Positions 16,880 through 25,933 of a stretch of 64,000 nt of DNA are shown here, piece after piece. Every line of letters starts with the position of its first letter. The first letter of the stretch is position 1. The translations under genes were made by a program, and so were the position numbers. Location of the stretch: IMG/VR virus record IMGVR_UViG_3300021387_000008, one strand, 5' to 3'. The notes under the pieces are model-generated. The model did no database searches and had not been told where the DNA came from. It was given only the letters and a program-made list of their open reading frames with translations. The DNA comes from an uncultured virus (IMG/VR IMGVR_UViG_3300021387_000008). Lineage: Duplodnaviria > Heunggongvirae > Uroviricota > Caudoviricetes > Crassvirales.

Positions 16880-18141
16880 TAACACTTTATAAAAGGTCTA
16901 GTAATGGTAAACCTCTCGTATGGTCTGCTAAAGAAATTATAAGTCAAGATTCTCCTGACTGTCCTATAAAGTATATAGATATTCAATATGGTCTTGTTGG
17001 AGGTACACTTCATAAAGAACATATAACTATAACTAAGAAAAATGTTAATGAACTTCAGTCTAGAGTTAATGCTAAACGTAAAGAAGGTTATAAAGAATTA
17101 AATGAACTTAAAGATGGTATAACTTTAAAAGAAGAAGATTTTGGTTCTGTTATAGAATATAAAAATGGAATGAGTCAACTTCTTATTAATTTTCTTGATA
17201 CTTATCTCCCAAAATATTCTACTACTTCTGAAGGTTTTGTTCTTCCTATGCTTGCTAAAGTTCTTGAAGATAATAAGCCTTTTGAAAAGTATGGTACTAT
17301 GCTTGGTCAGTGGAAAATTGATGGTCTTAGATGTATTATAGGTGCTACAGATAAATCTGATGATTTATTTAATCCTGTTACTCTAACGTATCACTCTCGT
17401 ACTGGTGAAGATTGGACTAATAAGATGTGTTGGATGGATGAAATTCTTCTTCCTAAGATAAGTAAAGAACTTCTTGATATGATGATAGAAGAAGGAGCTT
17501 GTCTTGATGGTGAACTTTATCTTCCTGGATATTCAGTAAACGATATTAATTCTTTTGTTAAGAATACTCAACTTGCACAACATTATAAACTTCAATATTG
17601 GTGTTATGATATTTGTTGTGAAAATATGAGTGCAGAAGCTAGATTTAAATTTAAAGATAATAGTCTAGAGTCTGTAGGTATGACTTATTTTAATACAAAA
17701 GAAGAGCATCTTAATAATACTAAACAATTTGTTGTACTTCCTACATGGGTACAAATAGATAGTTATGAAGATGCTATGATTCATAGAAATCAATTTATTG
17801 ATTTAGGCTTTGAAGGTCTTATTCTTCGTAATCCTAATGCTGAATATCAGTTTGGTAAACGTAATCAAGCTATGTTTAAGTTTAAAAAAGTTGATGATGG
17901 TAAATTTGTCATTGTTGATATAACTTCTGAACATAAACGTAGTGACCTTCCTCTCTTTGTGTGTCGTAATGATATTAATGACGAACTATTTGAATGTAGT
18001 ATTAATAAGCCTCAAGATATTCAAAGATATATGCTTATTCATAAAGAAAAATATATTGGTAAGTATATGCAAGTTGAATTTAGAGCAAGAAGTGGAGTTA
18101 ATCAAGTTCCATTCCATGCCAGGGCTATAGACATTGTATAA
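16876..18141 (+). CDS. ATP-dependent DNA ligase
   Basis: KIDGLR adenylation motif, LDGELY, FEGLILR, KFK. Confidence 0.93.
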   Translation: MITLYKRSSNGKPLVWSAKEIISQDSPDCPIKYIDIQYGLVGGTLHKEHITITKKNVNELQSRVNAKRKEGYKELNELKDGITLKEEDFGSVIEYKNGMSQLLINFLDTYLPKYSTTSEGFVLPMLAKVLEDNKPFEKYGTMLGQWKIDGLRCIIGATDKSDDLFNPVTLTYHSRTGEDWTNKMCWMDEILLPKISKELLDMMIEEGACLDGELYLPGYSVNDINSFVKNTQLAQHYKLQYWCYDICCENMSAEARFKFKDNSLESVGMTYFNTKEEHLNNTKQFVVLPTWVQIDSYEDAMIHRNQFIDLGFEGLILRNPNAEYQFGKRNQAMFKFKKVDDGKFVIVDITSEHKRSDLPLFVCRNDINDELFECSINKPQDIQRYMLIHKEKYIGKYMQVEFRARSGVNQVPFHARAIDIV

Positions 18142-18142
18142 T

Positions 18143-18415
18143 ATGAAAATAATACTAATCACTCTCGCAATAATAGGCTCTTTAAAATTATTGAGCCTAT
18201 TTATTTTGGCTTTGTTACAAATATACTATTATCTTAAAGGTAACAAAGTAATCGAAGCTCATAGAGATTCTTGCTTTCACATTGACTATAACTTCTATAT
18301 TTTTCCTACTATTGCAATTTCACATACAGGTAAGTATTTTGAAATTATATTTCATTGGTTAAAGTTTGAATACTATGAAGCTACTGGTCTTGAATTTGAA
18401 AACGATAAAGAATGA
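18143..18415 (+). CDS. hypothetical membrane protein
   Basis: Hydrophobic N-terminal helix; ATG at 18143. Confidence 0.6.
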   Translation: MKIILITLAIIGSLKLLSLFILALLQIYYYLKGNKVIEAHRDSCFHIDYNFYIFPTIAISHTGKYFEIIFHWLKFEYYEATGLEFENDKE

Positions 18416-18765
18416 ACTTAGTAGCTTATGATAATGTAAATAAATTTATTCCAAGTTCTGATTATATTCAGACAAATTATAAGAGATTACTATCTTCTAC
18501 AATAGAGTATCATGATGTCTATTGTCTTTTAAAAAGATATGACATAGACAAAGACAAATATGATTTCTATGTTGCCGTTTATGACAATAAACAACAAGGT
18601 ACTAAGAATAAATTTCTTAAGAAGGATAGTAGGGGTAAAGTTAAAGTTTATCTTAATGACATTTGGAATGAACTTCCAGATTATGTTACTAAAGAAAACA
18701 TTAACATTGAGGTTGAACTCGTAGAAAGCCAAAATGATGGCAAAGTATACAAGTTAATTTTCTAG
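18412..18765 (+). CDS. hypothetical protein
   Basis: 117-aa ORF with ATGA overlap. Confidence 0.65.
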   Translation: MNLVAYDNVNKFIPSSDYIQTNYKRLLSSTIEYHDVYCLLKRYDIDKDKYDFYVAVYDNKQQGTKNKFLKKDSRGKVKVYLNDIWNELPDYVTKENINIEVELVESQNDGKVYKLIF

Positions 18766-18773
18766 TCGTAAGT

Positions 18774-18814
18774 ACTCCTGCTGATAGTGTTAAAACTATT
18801 GGTAGGAGTTTTTC
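18774..18814 (+). terminator. intrinsic terminator
   Basis: ACTCCTGCTGATAGT-gttaaa-ACTATTGGTAGGAGT followed by TTTTT. Confidence 0.7.
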
Positions 18815-18850
18815 ATTTCCGAAACTTGCATAATAGGCATAAGATTTTCT

Positions 18851-18943
18851 CTATTTGGCACTTTTCAGCCTCTCTGCTGCGTTAATATCTTTCAGCTGAT
18901 TAACTATACCGCTGACAAACAAAGCCTGTCAGAAACGTTAAAA
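18851..18943 (+). repeat. family B copy 2 (third block degenerate)
   Basis: CTATTTG@18851, TGATTAACTATACCGCT@+46. Confidence 0.6.
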
Positions 18944-18969
18944 ATTTGCAGAAAGTTTAACACTTAAAA

Positions 18970-19001
18970 TTTTTATATATTCTAAAATTTTATTATCTTT
19001 G
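18970..19001 (+). promoter_or_regulatory. Bacteroidota-type promoter
   Basis: TATCTTTG at 18994-19001, only 4 nt before ATG 19006. Confidence 0.55.
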
Positions 19002-19005
19002 TAGT

Positions 19006-19194
19006 ATGAATAATTTAAAAAGATATGCTATTACTTACAAAAAGAATCATAATACTTATTATGGTAGTGGTTTTTACGGTTCTACAAACTCAGAACATAC
19101 AGAAGTTATAATGGCTTTAGATGAAGAAGATGCAAAAAGAATTGCATACAATACTTTTGGAATGGATAATGTAATTAGAATAAGAGAAGATTAA
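19006..19194 (+). CDS. small hypothetical protein
   Basis: 62-aa ORF after promoter. Confidence 0.6.
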   Translation: MNNLKRYAITYKKNHNTYYGSGFYGSTNSEHTEVIMALDEEDAKRIAYNTFGMDNVIRIRED

Positions 19195-19197
19195 ATT

Positions 19198-19398
19198 ATG
19201 GCAAAAGAAAATATTGAATTACATATAATACATAATCCTAAACTTACTATTGAAGATAACGGATTTGCTGTTGCTATCTTTATAGATGGTGTTGATAAAA
19301 GTGTATTAGAACTCTCTCAAGAACAGATGCTTCATATTGGAGCTATTCTTCTTAATGCTAGTAGAAAATTTATAAATAACGCTGATAAAATTAAATAA
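19198..19398 (+). CDS. small hypothetical protein
   Basis: 66-aa ORF, tightly packed. Confidence 0.6.
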   Translation: MAKENIELHIIHNPKLTIEDNGFAVAIFIDGVDKSVLELSQEQMLHIGAILLNASRKFINNADKIK

Positions 19399-19399
19399 A

Positions 19400-19762
19400 A
19401 TGAATGAAGAAGCTAATTTAGTAGAATTGCTCTCTCTTAATGTCAATCTTAATTTAGTTGATGACAATGTTAAAGAGTTTGCTAAAATAGTAGGTGAAAT
19501 GACTACTCTTTATGCCAAAAAGAATCACGATTATGGTAATTCTTTTGATGAAGGTTGTGATAAAATTGGTGTAGGTTATCCTACTGGTCGTCTATTAGAC
19601 AAAATGAATAGACTTATTGCTTGTATGGGAAAAGAAGATAAAATGCAAATTAATGAATCTATTGAAGATACTCTTAAAGATCTTGCTTGTTATAGTGTTA
19701 TGACACTTAGTTATTTAAGAAGAAAAGAAAAATGTCTGATGAACGACTTAAAGAAATTGTAG
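19400..19762 (+). CDS. DUF1599 / nucleotide-modification-associated domain protein
   Basis: YAKKNHDYGNSF...RLLDKMNRL...ESIEDTLKDLACY signature. Confidence 0.8.
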   Translation: MNEEANLVELLSLNVNLNLVDDNVKEFAKIVGEMTTLYAKKNHDYGNSFDEGCDKIGVGYPTGRLLDKMNRLIACMGKEDKMQINESIEDTLKDLACYSVMTLSYLRRKEKCLMNDLKKL

Positions 19763-19884
19763 ATGATATAATTAGTGGAAGAGTTGTTAAGATGACTGAT
19801 GAAGAAGCTGAACAAATAAGTTGGCATTATGAATCTATTCCTCCTAATTGTAGAACTATTATTTTAACAATTAAACGTAAATAA
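19732..19884 (+). CDS. small hypothetical protein (50 aa)
   Basis: Hand-translated MSDERLKEIVDD...; fills the intergenic gap. Confidence 0.5.
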   Translation: MSDERLKEIVDDIISGRVVKMTDEEAEQISWHYESIPPNCRTIILTIKRK

Positions 19885-19887
19885 GTT

Positions 19888-20202
19888 ATGACAGAACCTA
19901 TTAAACCTTCAGAAGTTAAACAAATAATTCCTGAGTTTGTTATAAAGGGAGCTAATGAATGTATTCAGAAACATTATAACGCTCTAGAACGACGTTCTCG
20001 TTTTACACAAGATGCTCTAATTGACTGTATTCTTAAATATAGACCAGATGAAGAAATAAATAGAAATACTCTGTTTGATAATTATTGGTTAGACATAGAA
20101 CCTGTTTATAGAGCCGCTGGTTGGGAAGTAGAATATGATAAGCCTGCTTATTGTGAAGATTATCCTGCTAATTTTACATTTAAACTTCCTAAAGGTATAT
20201 AA
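19888..20202 (+). CDS. hypothetical phage protein
   Basis: 104 aa; WLDIEPVYRAAGWEVEYDKP. Confidence 0.7.
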   Translation: MTEPIKPSEVKQIIPEFVIKGANECIQKHYNALERRSRFTQDALIDCILKYRPDEEINRNTLFDNYWLDIEPVYRAAGWEVEYDKPAYCEDYPANFTFKLPKGI

Positions 20203-20205
20203 AAT

Positions 20206-21216
20206 ATGGAACTTATTAGACCGAGTGTAGAGATATGGGAACAAGGTAATACTCTAGAAGATATGTGGAAACATATTGCTAGATGTACTAGAGTTTGTTA
20301 TCAAAGTGCTCCTAAGAATGATGGTGAAACTGATGAAGAATTTGTTAAGAGAGTTATTCTAAGACCAGATTCTTCTACAGGGGAGCTTAATTTTGATAAG
20401 ATACATGGTGCTATGCTTGAACATGGTACTATTTATTTAGCAATGCCTTTAGAAAGCATTATTCCTATAGAAGCTAATGGTTGGGGTAAATATTTAAATA
20501 AATATTCTAAAGCAGGTACTGTTTGTGAAATAAATGGAGAAAAGAAAGTTGCTGTCACTACTAATCTTCGTGTTCTTTATGAAAACGGTTGGCTTGATGA
20601 TTTACAGTATATTTGTGCTCCAACTAAATATCACGCTAAAAGAGTTACAGTTTCTTTTACTACTAATATAGGAGTTACTCGTGAATTTAATCGTCATAGA
20701 GTTAATTCTATTGCAGAGGAAAGTACTAGATATTGTAATTATGCTAAACCTAGACAAATTAGTAATATTAATAGTGCTTTAGGTTCTAGTACAATAGTTA
20801 ACGATATAATGCCTATAAATGGTCAAATGAGATTTGGACTTCCTGCTTGGTTGCTTGATGAAGAACATTTACCTTATGTAGAGTCACATCAATTTGATAG
20901 TGTTATTAGTTATTGTGATGATATTTGTAGAAAAGCAGATAGAGATTGGACTAATATAGATTATTATCTATGTGCATTAACTGTTTGTGAGTATTGTTAT
21001 AATAAACTTATTGAAACTGGTTGGAAACCTCAGCAAGCTAGAGAAGTTCTTCCTCTTGCTACTAAGAGTCAACTAATTCATACTGCTTTTGTTGATGATT
21101 GGAAACATTTCTTTGCTCTTAGAGCTGATGGTGTATCAGGTACTCCTCATCCTAACGCTAAGTTAGTTGCTGAGCCTCTTAAACAAGAATTTATCAAACG
21201 TGGTTATATAAAATAA
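20206..21216 (+). CDS. thyX: FAD-dependent thymidylate synthase
   Basis: HGAMLEH, RHRxxSxxxxSTRY, AREVLP, WKHFFALR..HP. Confidence 0.92.
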   Translation: MELIRPSVEIWEQGNTLEDMWKHIARCTRVCYQSAPKNDGETDEEFVKRVILRPDSSTGELNFDKIHGAMLEHGTIYLAMPLESIIPIEANGWGKYLNKYSKAGTVCEINGEKKVAVTTNLRVLYENGWLDDLQYICAPTKYHAKRVTVSFTTNIGVTREFNRHRVNSIAEESTRYCNYAKPRQISNINSALGSSTIVNDIMPINGQMRFGLPAWLLDEEHLPYVESHQFDSVISYCDDICRKADRDWTNIDYYLCALTVCEYCYNKLIETGWKPQQAREVLPLATKSQLIHTAFVDDWKHFFALRADGVSGTPHPNAKLVAEPLKQEFIKRGYIK

Positions 21217-21228
21217 ATTAATAATATT

Positions 21229-21378
21229 ATGTATCTTAATTTTGTTTCAGATTATAAAGATTTAACTTTAACTCCTTATATAAATATAGATTGGAGTGAA
21301 AATTCTAAAGAACGTGGAGTTAAAACTTGTATATCTATAGGTTGGCTATTTTGGGAACTTTATATTGATTTTATATAA
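21229..21378 (+). CDS. small hypothetical protein (49 aa)
   Basis: Hand-translated MYLNFVSDYK...IGWLFWELYIDFI. Confidence 0.5.
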   Translation: MYLNFVSDYKDLTLTPYINIDWSENSKERGVKTCISIGWLFWELYIDFI

Positions 21379-21404
21379 AATTATATATTATAACTTAAAT
21401 TATT

Positions 21405-21572
21405 ATGACACATTGTTATATTTTTGATTATGTTAATTGTAAAATATATCATACTACAATTCCAAATGATGTAGAAGATATAGACTCTTATGTTGCTGAA
21501 AAACTTAATATAAAAGTTGGCAATATTTATACTATGTGTAGTGATGAAGAATTAGAAATAGAAGAACTTTGA
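21405..21572 (+). CDS. small hypothetical protein (55 aa)
   Basis: Hand-translated MTHCYIFDYVNCK... Confidence 0.5.
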   Translation: MTHCYIFDYVNCKIYHTTIPNDVEDIDSYVAEKLNIKVGNIYTMCSDEELEIEEL

Positions 21573-21584
21573 TTTATTTTTAAT

Positions 21585-21758
21585 ATGAGTCAAGATGTTA
21601 AATGTTTTATTGGACTTCATAAATACGAAGTTCTTGAGAAGAAGGATATTAAAAATCCTTATGGTGCTATAGTCGGAATGACTATTATCTCTCGTTGTAC
21701 CAATTGTGGTAAAATTCATGAAGATACTGTTTATACTGATAATAATTATAGAAGATGA
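21585..21758 (+). CDS. small Zn-ribbon protein (57 aa)
   Basis: KCFIGLHKY...RCTNCGK; ATGA overlap with the next gene. Confidence 0.65.
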   Translation: MSQDVKCFIGLHKYEVLEKKDIKNPYGAIVGMTIISRCTNCGKIHEDTVYTDNNYRR

Positions 21759-21982
21759 TTTGGATTGCTTGTAGTTTATTTATTAGTACAATTTTACTTT
21801 GTTGTACTCTTATTTGTATTAAGTTTTCTGATAGAGCTTATACTAATGCTATAGCTTGCCTTCAAGACTTATGTGATATTCTTAATGATAAATTTCCTGG
21901 TTCTGATTTAAGAATTATTGCTGATGGAAATGGAGTCAAAGTTACAGGAGAACTTAAATATCTTACTAAAAATGGTAACTAG
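21755..21982 (+). CDS. small membrane-anchored protein
   Basis: Hydrophobic N-terminus. Confidence 0.55.
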   Translation: MIWIACSLFISTILLCCTLICIKFSDRAYTNAIACLQDLCDILNDKFPGSDLRIIADGNGVKVTGELKYLTKNGN

Positions 21983-22178
21983 TCTTTATACTGCTAAGAT
22001 TAAACTTCATAAAGAATATCCAGATTATAAAAATTATCTTGTTGCTATAAATGAAAATGGTGTTCTTATAATGGATAAAGGTTTGTTTGTTGTATCTTTT
22101 TTCAGTGAAGTAGATTTTAAAAAATCTGTTGAAATAGAAGGTAATAATTTAAAACATATAAAAGATATTACATTATGA
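21972..22178 (+). CDS. small hypothetical protein
   Basis: ORF 21918..22178; likely start MVTSLY at 21972. Confidence 0.55.
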   Translation: MVTSLYTAKIKLHKEYPDYKNYLVAINENGVLIMDKGLFVVSFFSEVDFKKSVEIEGNNLKHIKDITL

Positions 22179-22915
22179 ATATTTGGCAAATTCAACAAGA
22201 CCTTCTAGATATATTTAACGAACTAGAAGAGAATGGTGGAGAGTTAACTCCTGAACTTGAAGAAAAACTTGCTGTTACGCAAGAAGATTTCAAAAACAAA
22301 GTTAAGTCTTATGGAGAAGTTATCAAAAGCCTCAGAGGAGAAATTGATACAATCGATAAAGAAACTGCTCGTCTCAAAGAACTTAAAGATGCCAAAAACA
22401 GAGTTATTGAAAGACTTTCAAAAGTAATTGCTCAAGCTATCACTAAGTTTGGTGATGAAACTAAATCTGGTGGTAAATTCTTAGACTATGGCACAGGTAA
22501 GATTAGTGTTAGAAATACTACAAAAGTTGAAGTTGATACTGAAAGAACTGATGCTATATGTAAATCTATGTTTAATTATTTTAACGCTCTTGCTTATACT
22601 AGAGAACTTAATTCTGTTCATGACTTAGATGAGAAAGAAGTTAGAGAAGCTATTAAGAACTCTGATGGAGGAATGGAATTTAGTTCTGATGAACTTTATA
22701 ATATTCCTGCTACTCTTACATTTGATGTAAATCTTAAAGACCTTCTTGCTAATAATGGTATTGATTTTATGCAAAAGTTCTTCGGATTTATAACAAATTA
22801 TAAGGTTAAATCTAATGTTAGCAAAACTGCTATGAAAGATGTTTTACTTGAAGGTAGTGCAGATTTAAGTAGTATTGCTCACATTGAACAAAATCAAAGT
22901 ATTACAATAAAATGA
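22175..22915 (+). CDS. Siphovirus Gp157-like coiled-coil protein
   Basis: MNIWQIQQDL..ENGGELTPE..KVKSY..E..RLKELK..; ends AHIEQNQSITIK. Confidence 0.75.
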   Translation: MNIWQIQQDLLDIFNELEENGGELTPELEEKLAVTQEDFKNKVKSYGEVIKSLRGEIDTIDKETARLKELKDAKNRVIERLSKVIAQAITKFGDETKSGGKFLDYGTGKISVRNTTKVEVDTERTDAICKSMFNYFNALAYTRELNSVHDLDEKEVREAIKNSDGGMEFSSDELYNIPATLTFDVNLKDLLANNGIDFMQKFFGFITNYKVKSNVSKTAMKDVLLEGSADLSSIAHIEQNQSITIK

Positions 22916-23067
22916 TAGTAAATGCTGCTGTTCAGGAACTTATTAGTTTAAGACCTGGTGATGAAATTGTAGTCGCTAATCAAGAGGAGTATTATCAAGG
23001 TACTCCTCATTATAGCACAGTTAGAGATATAGTTAAAGATAGTGGTAAACTTGTAATATTAACTTAA
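22912..23067 (+). CDS. small hypothetical protein (51 aa)
   Basis: Hand-translated; ATGA overlap upstream and 1 bp to the next ATG. Confidence 0.5.
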   Translation: MIVNAAVQELISLRPGDEIVVANQEEYYQGTPHYSTVRDIVKDSGKLVILT

Positions 23068-23068
23068 T

Positions 23069-24136
23069 ATGGCTAAAAAGTTTGACGTTTATGGACTTCC
23101 TTGGGGTGGTAAAATGGGTAAAGATGTTACTGATTGTAAAACCTCAGAAGAAGTTATTAAGAAAGCTGGTCTTGATTTTATGGTAGATAAATGTGAACTA
23201 GTTGCTAAGATGCCTTTTAACATTCACGGAGATAACTCTGTTAATGAAACTATGGGTGACTTTGCTCATGAAGGTAACATTTATCGTCCTTGCCCTAATG
23301 CTTATGGCACATATCGTGTTGATAAGAATATCCCTCTTGGTATTGTTAAATCTAAGTATGAAGTAGTACAAAATATTGATGCCTTTAATTTTATAGACAA
23401 TGCTATTGGAGAAGGCAAAGCTCTATTCCAAAGTGCTGGATGTTTTGGATATGGACACAAAGTGTTTATCACTGCTAAACTTCCTATTTCTACTACAGTT
23501 GGAGGAGACCCGATTGATAACTATCTTGTTTTCAGTACATCTCATGACGGTAGTGGTAGTATTGATGTGCTATTTACTCCTGTAAGAGTTTGGTGTCTTA
23601 ATATGCTTAACGCTGGACTTGAAGAAGCTACAGCACATATTCGTATTAGACATACAAAGACTGCACAAGATAGACTTGACTTTGGTGCTGAAATGCTTCG
23701 TACTGCAATAGATTATGCTAAGAGTTCTCAACTTCTTTATGAAAGTCTTCTTACTATTAAGATGACTGATGACCAAGTTAGAGATTATATTGCTCGTCTG
23801 CAACTTACTAAAGCTGAATATGAAGCAGTTGTTGAGTATAATCACGAAAATGGTATTCGCAAAGTATTTGAAAGAGATTGGCTTGCTATGCAAAAGACTG
23901 ATATTAGTACTCGCAAAGCTAATATTCTTAGTACTATGTTTGATTACTATAAGAATGGTGTTGCTCAAGAACACATTATTGGTAATGCTTGGGGTGCATA
24001 TAATGCTATCACTGGTTATTATAGCAATGTTAAGAAACAAGAAGGTGAAAAGCGTATGGATAATCTTATCTTTGGTGGAGATAGACTTGCTACAAGTAAA
24101 GCTCTTAATTTAGTTATAGATTATAAAGCTGCATAA
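23069..24136 (+). CDS. DUF932 family phage/plasmid protein
   Basis: AGLDF.V, LGIVKSKYEVVQNIDAF, SHDGSGS, TPVRVWCLN, IRHT, GNAWGAYNAITGY. Confidence 0.85.
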   Translation: MAKKFDVYGLPWGGKMGKDVTDCKTSEEVIKKAGLDFMVDKCELVAKMPFNIHGDNSVNETMGDFAHEGNIYRPCPNAYGTYRVDKNIPLGIVKSKYEVVQNIDAFNFIDNAIGEGKALFQSAGCFGYGHKVFITAKLPISTTVGGDPIDNYLVFSTSHDGSGSIDVLFTPVRVWCLNMLNAGLEEATAHIRIRHTKTAQDRLDFGAEMLRTAIDYAKSSQLLYESLLTIKMTDDQVRDYIARLQLTKAEYEAVVEYNHENGIRKVFERDWLAMQKTDISTRKANILSTMFDYYKNGVAQEHIIGNAWGAYNAITGYYSNVKKQEGEKRMDNLIFGGDRLATSKALNLVIDYKAA

Positions 24137-24237
24137 TTAATCTACATTCTCTTCTACAGGGGTGCTAGTACTGCTTATAGTGCTAATTGCTCCCCCCGTA
24201 GAAGAAATGTATGATAACATAATTTAACAGTAGTTAT

Positions 24238-24268
24238 TTTGCAGTTTAAGATATTATTATTATATTTG
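24238..24268 (+). promoter_or_regulatory. Bacteroidota-type promoter
   Basis: TTTG-N19-TATATTTG upstream of dUTPase. Confidence 0.75.
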
Positions 24269-24317
24269 CAATAATTATTTGTTAAATTAAAAAAGGCACA
24301 TCCTAAAAGTAATTATT

Positions 24318-24749
24318 ATGTTAGAAGTAAAGTTTAAGAAGTTAGTTCCTGAAGCTAAAATCCCAGCTTATGCTAAGCCTGGAGATGCAGGACTTGATTT
24401 AACTGCTACTAGTAAGCATTGGTCTGATGACTTTCAATGTTGGATTTATGGTACTGGTCTTGCTGTTGAAATTCCTGAAGGTTATGTAGGTCTTGTATTT
24501 CCTCGTAGTTCTGTTCGTAAGTATTGTTTATCTCTTACTAATTGTGTAGGAGTTATTGACTCTGGTTATAGAGGAGAAGTTATGTGTACTTTCCGTCCTC
24601 AAAGTAAAGGTACAACAGAAGTTTATAATGTTGGTGACAAAGTTTGCCAACTTATTATTATGCCTTATCCTCAGGTTATGCCTGTTGAAGCTACTGAACT
24701 TAGTGAAACAGAACGTGGTGAAGATGGACACGGCAGCACAGGACGATAA
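24318..24749 (+). CDS. dut: trimeric dUTPase
   Basis: AGLDL, PRSS, GVIDSGYRGE, RGEDGHGSTG. Confidence 0.95.
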   Translation: MLEVKFKKLVPEAKIPAYAKPGDAGLDLTATSKHWSDDFQCWIYGTGLAVEIPEGYVGLVFPRSSVRKYCLSLTNCVGVIDSGYRGEVMCTFRPQSKGTTEVYNVGDKVCQLIIMPYPQVMPVEATELSETERGEDGHGSTGR

Positions 24750-24822
24750 CTTTTATAATAAAGTTCTTATAGATTTCTTTGAAAAGAATCCTAAATATAA
24801 TAATATTTTAACACATAGAATT

Positions 24823-25110
24823 ATGAACGATTACATTAAAACACTTATTGACGCTAACAAGGATGCTGTTTCTAACATTGCTGTCCTTGAAGCTACTGTC
24901 AGAGATTATCCTGTTACCGATGAAAAGTCAAAGACTAACTTTGGTAACTTGTGTATTCTTTTGAATGGTTATCGTAATGTAGCAAAAGCTACAGATTGTC
25001 TGCTAATCAATGAGAATGTCCTCAAGGATGCTAATGGTAATTATTATCAGAAGATTGAGGATGAAGAAGAAGCTCCAGAAGAGCAAGTTAATCAGCCTGC
25101 TAATAAATAA
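24823..25110 (+). CDS. hypothetical protein (alternative start 24724)
   Basis: 3' part of ORF 24556..25110, outside dut. Confidence 0.6.
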   Translation: MNDYIKTLIDANKDAVSNIAVLEATVRDYPVTDEKSKTNFGNLCILLNGYRNVAKATDCLLINENVLKDANGNYYQKIEDEEEAPEEQVNQPANK

Positions 25111-25114
25111 GGTT

Positions 25115-25384
25115 ATGAATAAGGTAACATTAATTACTTCTGAAGGCTGCTTAGGCTGTCAAGTTATGAAGAACTCTATAACTGCTGCTCTTCTTAAAAC
25201 TAATGTGGACATTACAGTTGAAACTATAGATATTAAGGATGTAGATAAAAAAGTAATTAAAAGATTTAATATTACTGATACTCCGTGTGCTATCTTCTTT
25301 AGAGATGATAAATATCTTTTTAAAAAGATTGGTAGTGTTCCTACTGTTGTAGTTGTTCAGTGGATTAATGTTCATTACAAGTAA
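25115..25384 (+). CDS. thioredoxin/glutaredoxin-like protein
   Basis: CLGC CxxC motif and FNITDTP cis-Pro motif; 89 aa. Confidence 0.8.
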   Translation: MNKVTLITSEGCLGCQVMKNSITAALLKTNVDITVETIDIKDVDKKVIKRFNITDTPCAIFFRDDKYLFKKIGSVPTVVVVQWINVHYK

Positions 25385-25420
25385 CTCTTTTCTTGGCTAC
25401 TTTTGAATAAATCCTGATGC

Positions 25421-25446
25421 GGGTGTCAGCAATACGGCTGGCACCC
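25421..25446 (+). terminator. hairpin/terminator
   Basis: GGGTGTCA-GCAATACGGC-TGGCACCC followed by TTAATTTT. Confidence 0.55.
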
Positions 25447-25463
25447 TTAATTTTATTAATGAT

Positions 25464-25727
25464 ATGAATACAAATAAATATATTCTTTGGTGTTCTTGTT
25501 GTATAGTTGTTCTAATAGGTATTGTTGCTATACTTATAGTAAGTCATATAGAACATCAAGTTACTAGCACCCCCGTAGAAGAAATGTATCATAGACAGCT
25601 TGTTACTACTCTTGATTCTATTCTTGATGCTAGATTTGGTCCTGGTTGTTGTGAACAAGATATAGATACTGTTAGCGCTAATACTTTTAATACTCGCTTT
25701 GGTGATATTCTTTCGCCTATGGACTGA
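25464..25727 (+). CDS. small membrane-anchored protein
   Basis: N-terminal hydrophobic helix. Confidence 0.6.
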   Translation: MNTNKYILWCSCCIVVLIGIVAILIVSHIEHQVTSTPVEEMYHRQLVTTLDSILDARFGPGCCEQDIDTVSANTFNTRFGDILSPMD

Positions 25728-25738
25728 TATAAAATCCT

Positions 25739-25830
25739 TTATTTGCTTATTTCCTTAGCCTGTGTTAGTTTAAAATATGCTTTATGATAAGTTATTAAGC
25801 TAAAAATTTGATACGCTCATATTGAATTTT
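25739..25830 (+). repeat. family B copy 3 (intergenic, at the junction of the two arms)
   Basis: TTATTTG@25739, TGATAAGTTATTAAGCT@+46, GCTCATATTGAATTTT@+76. Confidence 0.85.
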
Positions 25831-25871
25831 AAAATGTGAATTATTTTTAAGTTGTTTGATTATTATAGATT

Positions 25872-25918
25872 AAAAATGCCCCAAGTTGCTCGTGAGAGTT
25901 TCTTGGGGCTACTTTTTT
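25872..25918. terminator. bidirectional terminator between convergent arms
   Basis: AAAAAt-GCCCCAAG..CTC-GTGA-GAG..CTTGGGGC-tacTTTTTT. Confidence 0.75.
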
Positions 25919-25933
25919 ACTATCGTAGAGAGC

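Noticed and set aside
19400..24749. DNA hypermodification pathway (DUF1599, ThyX, dUTPase)
   Set aside because: ThyX and dUTPase are explained by ordinary dTTP supply, and no base-modifying transferase is visible
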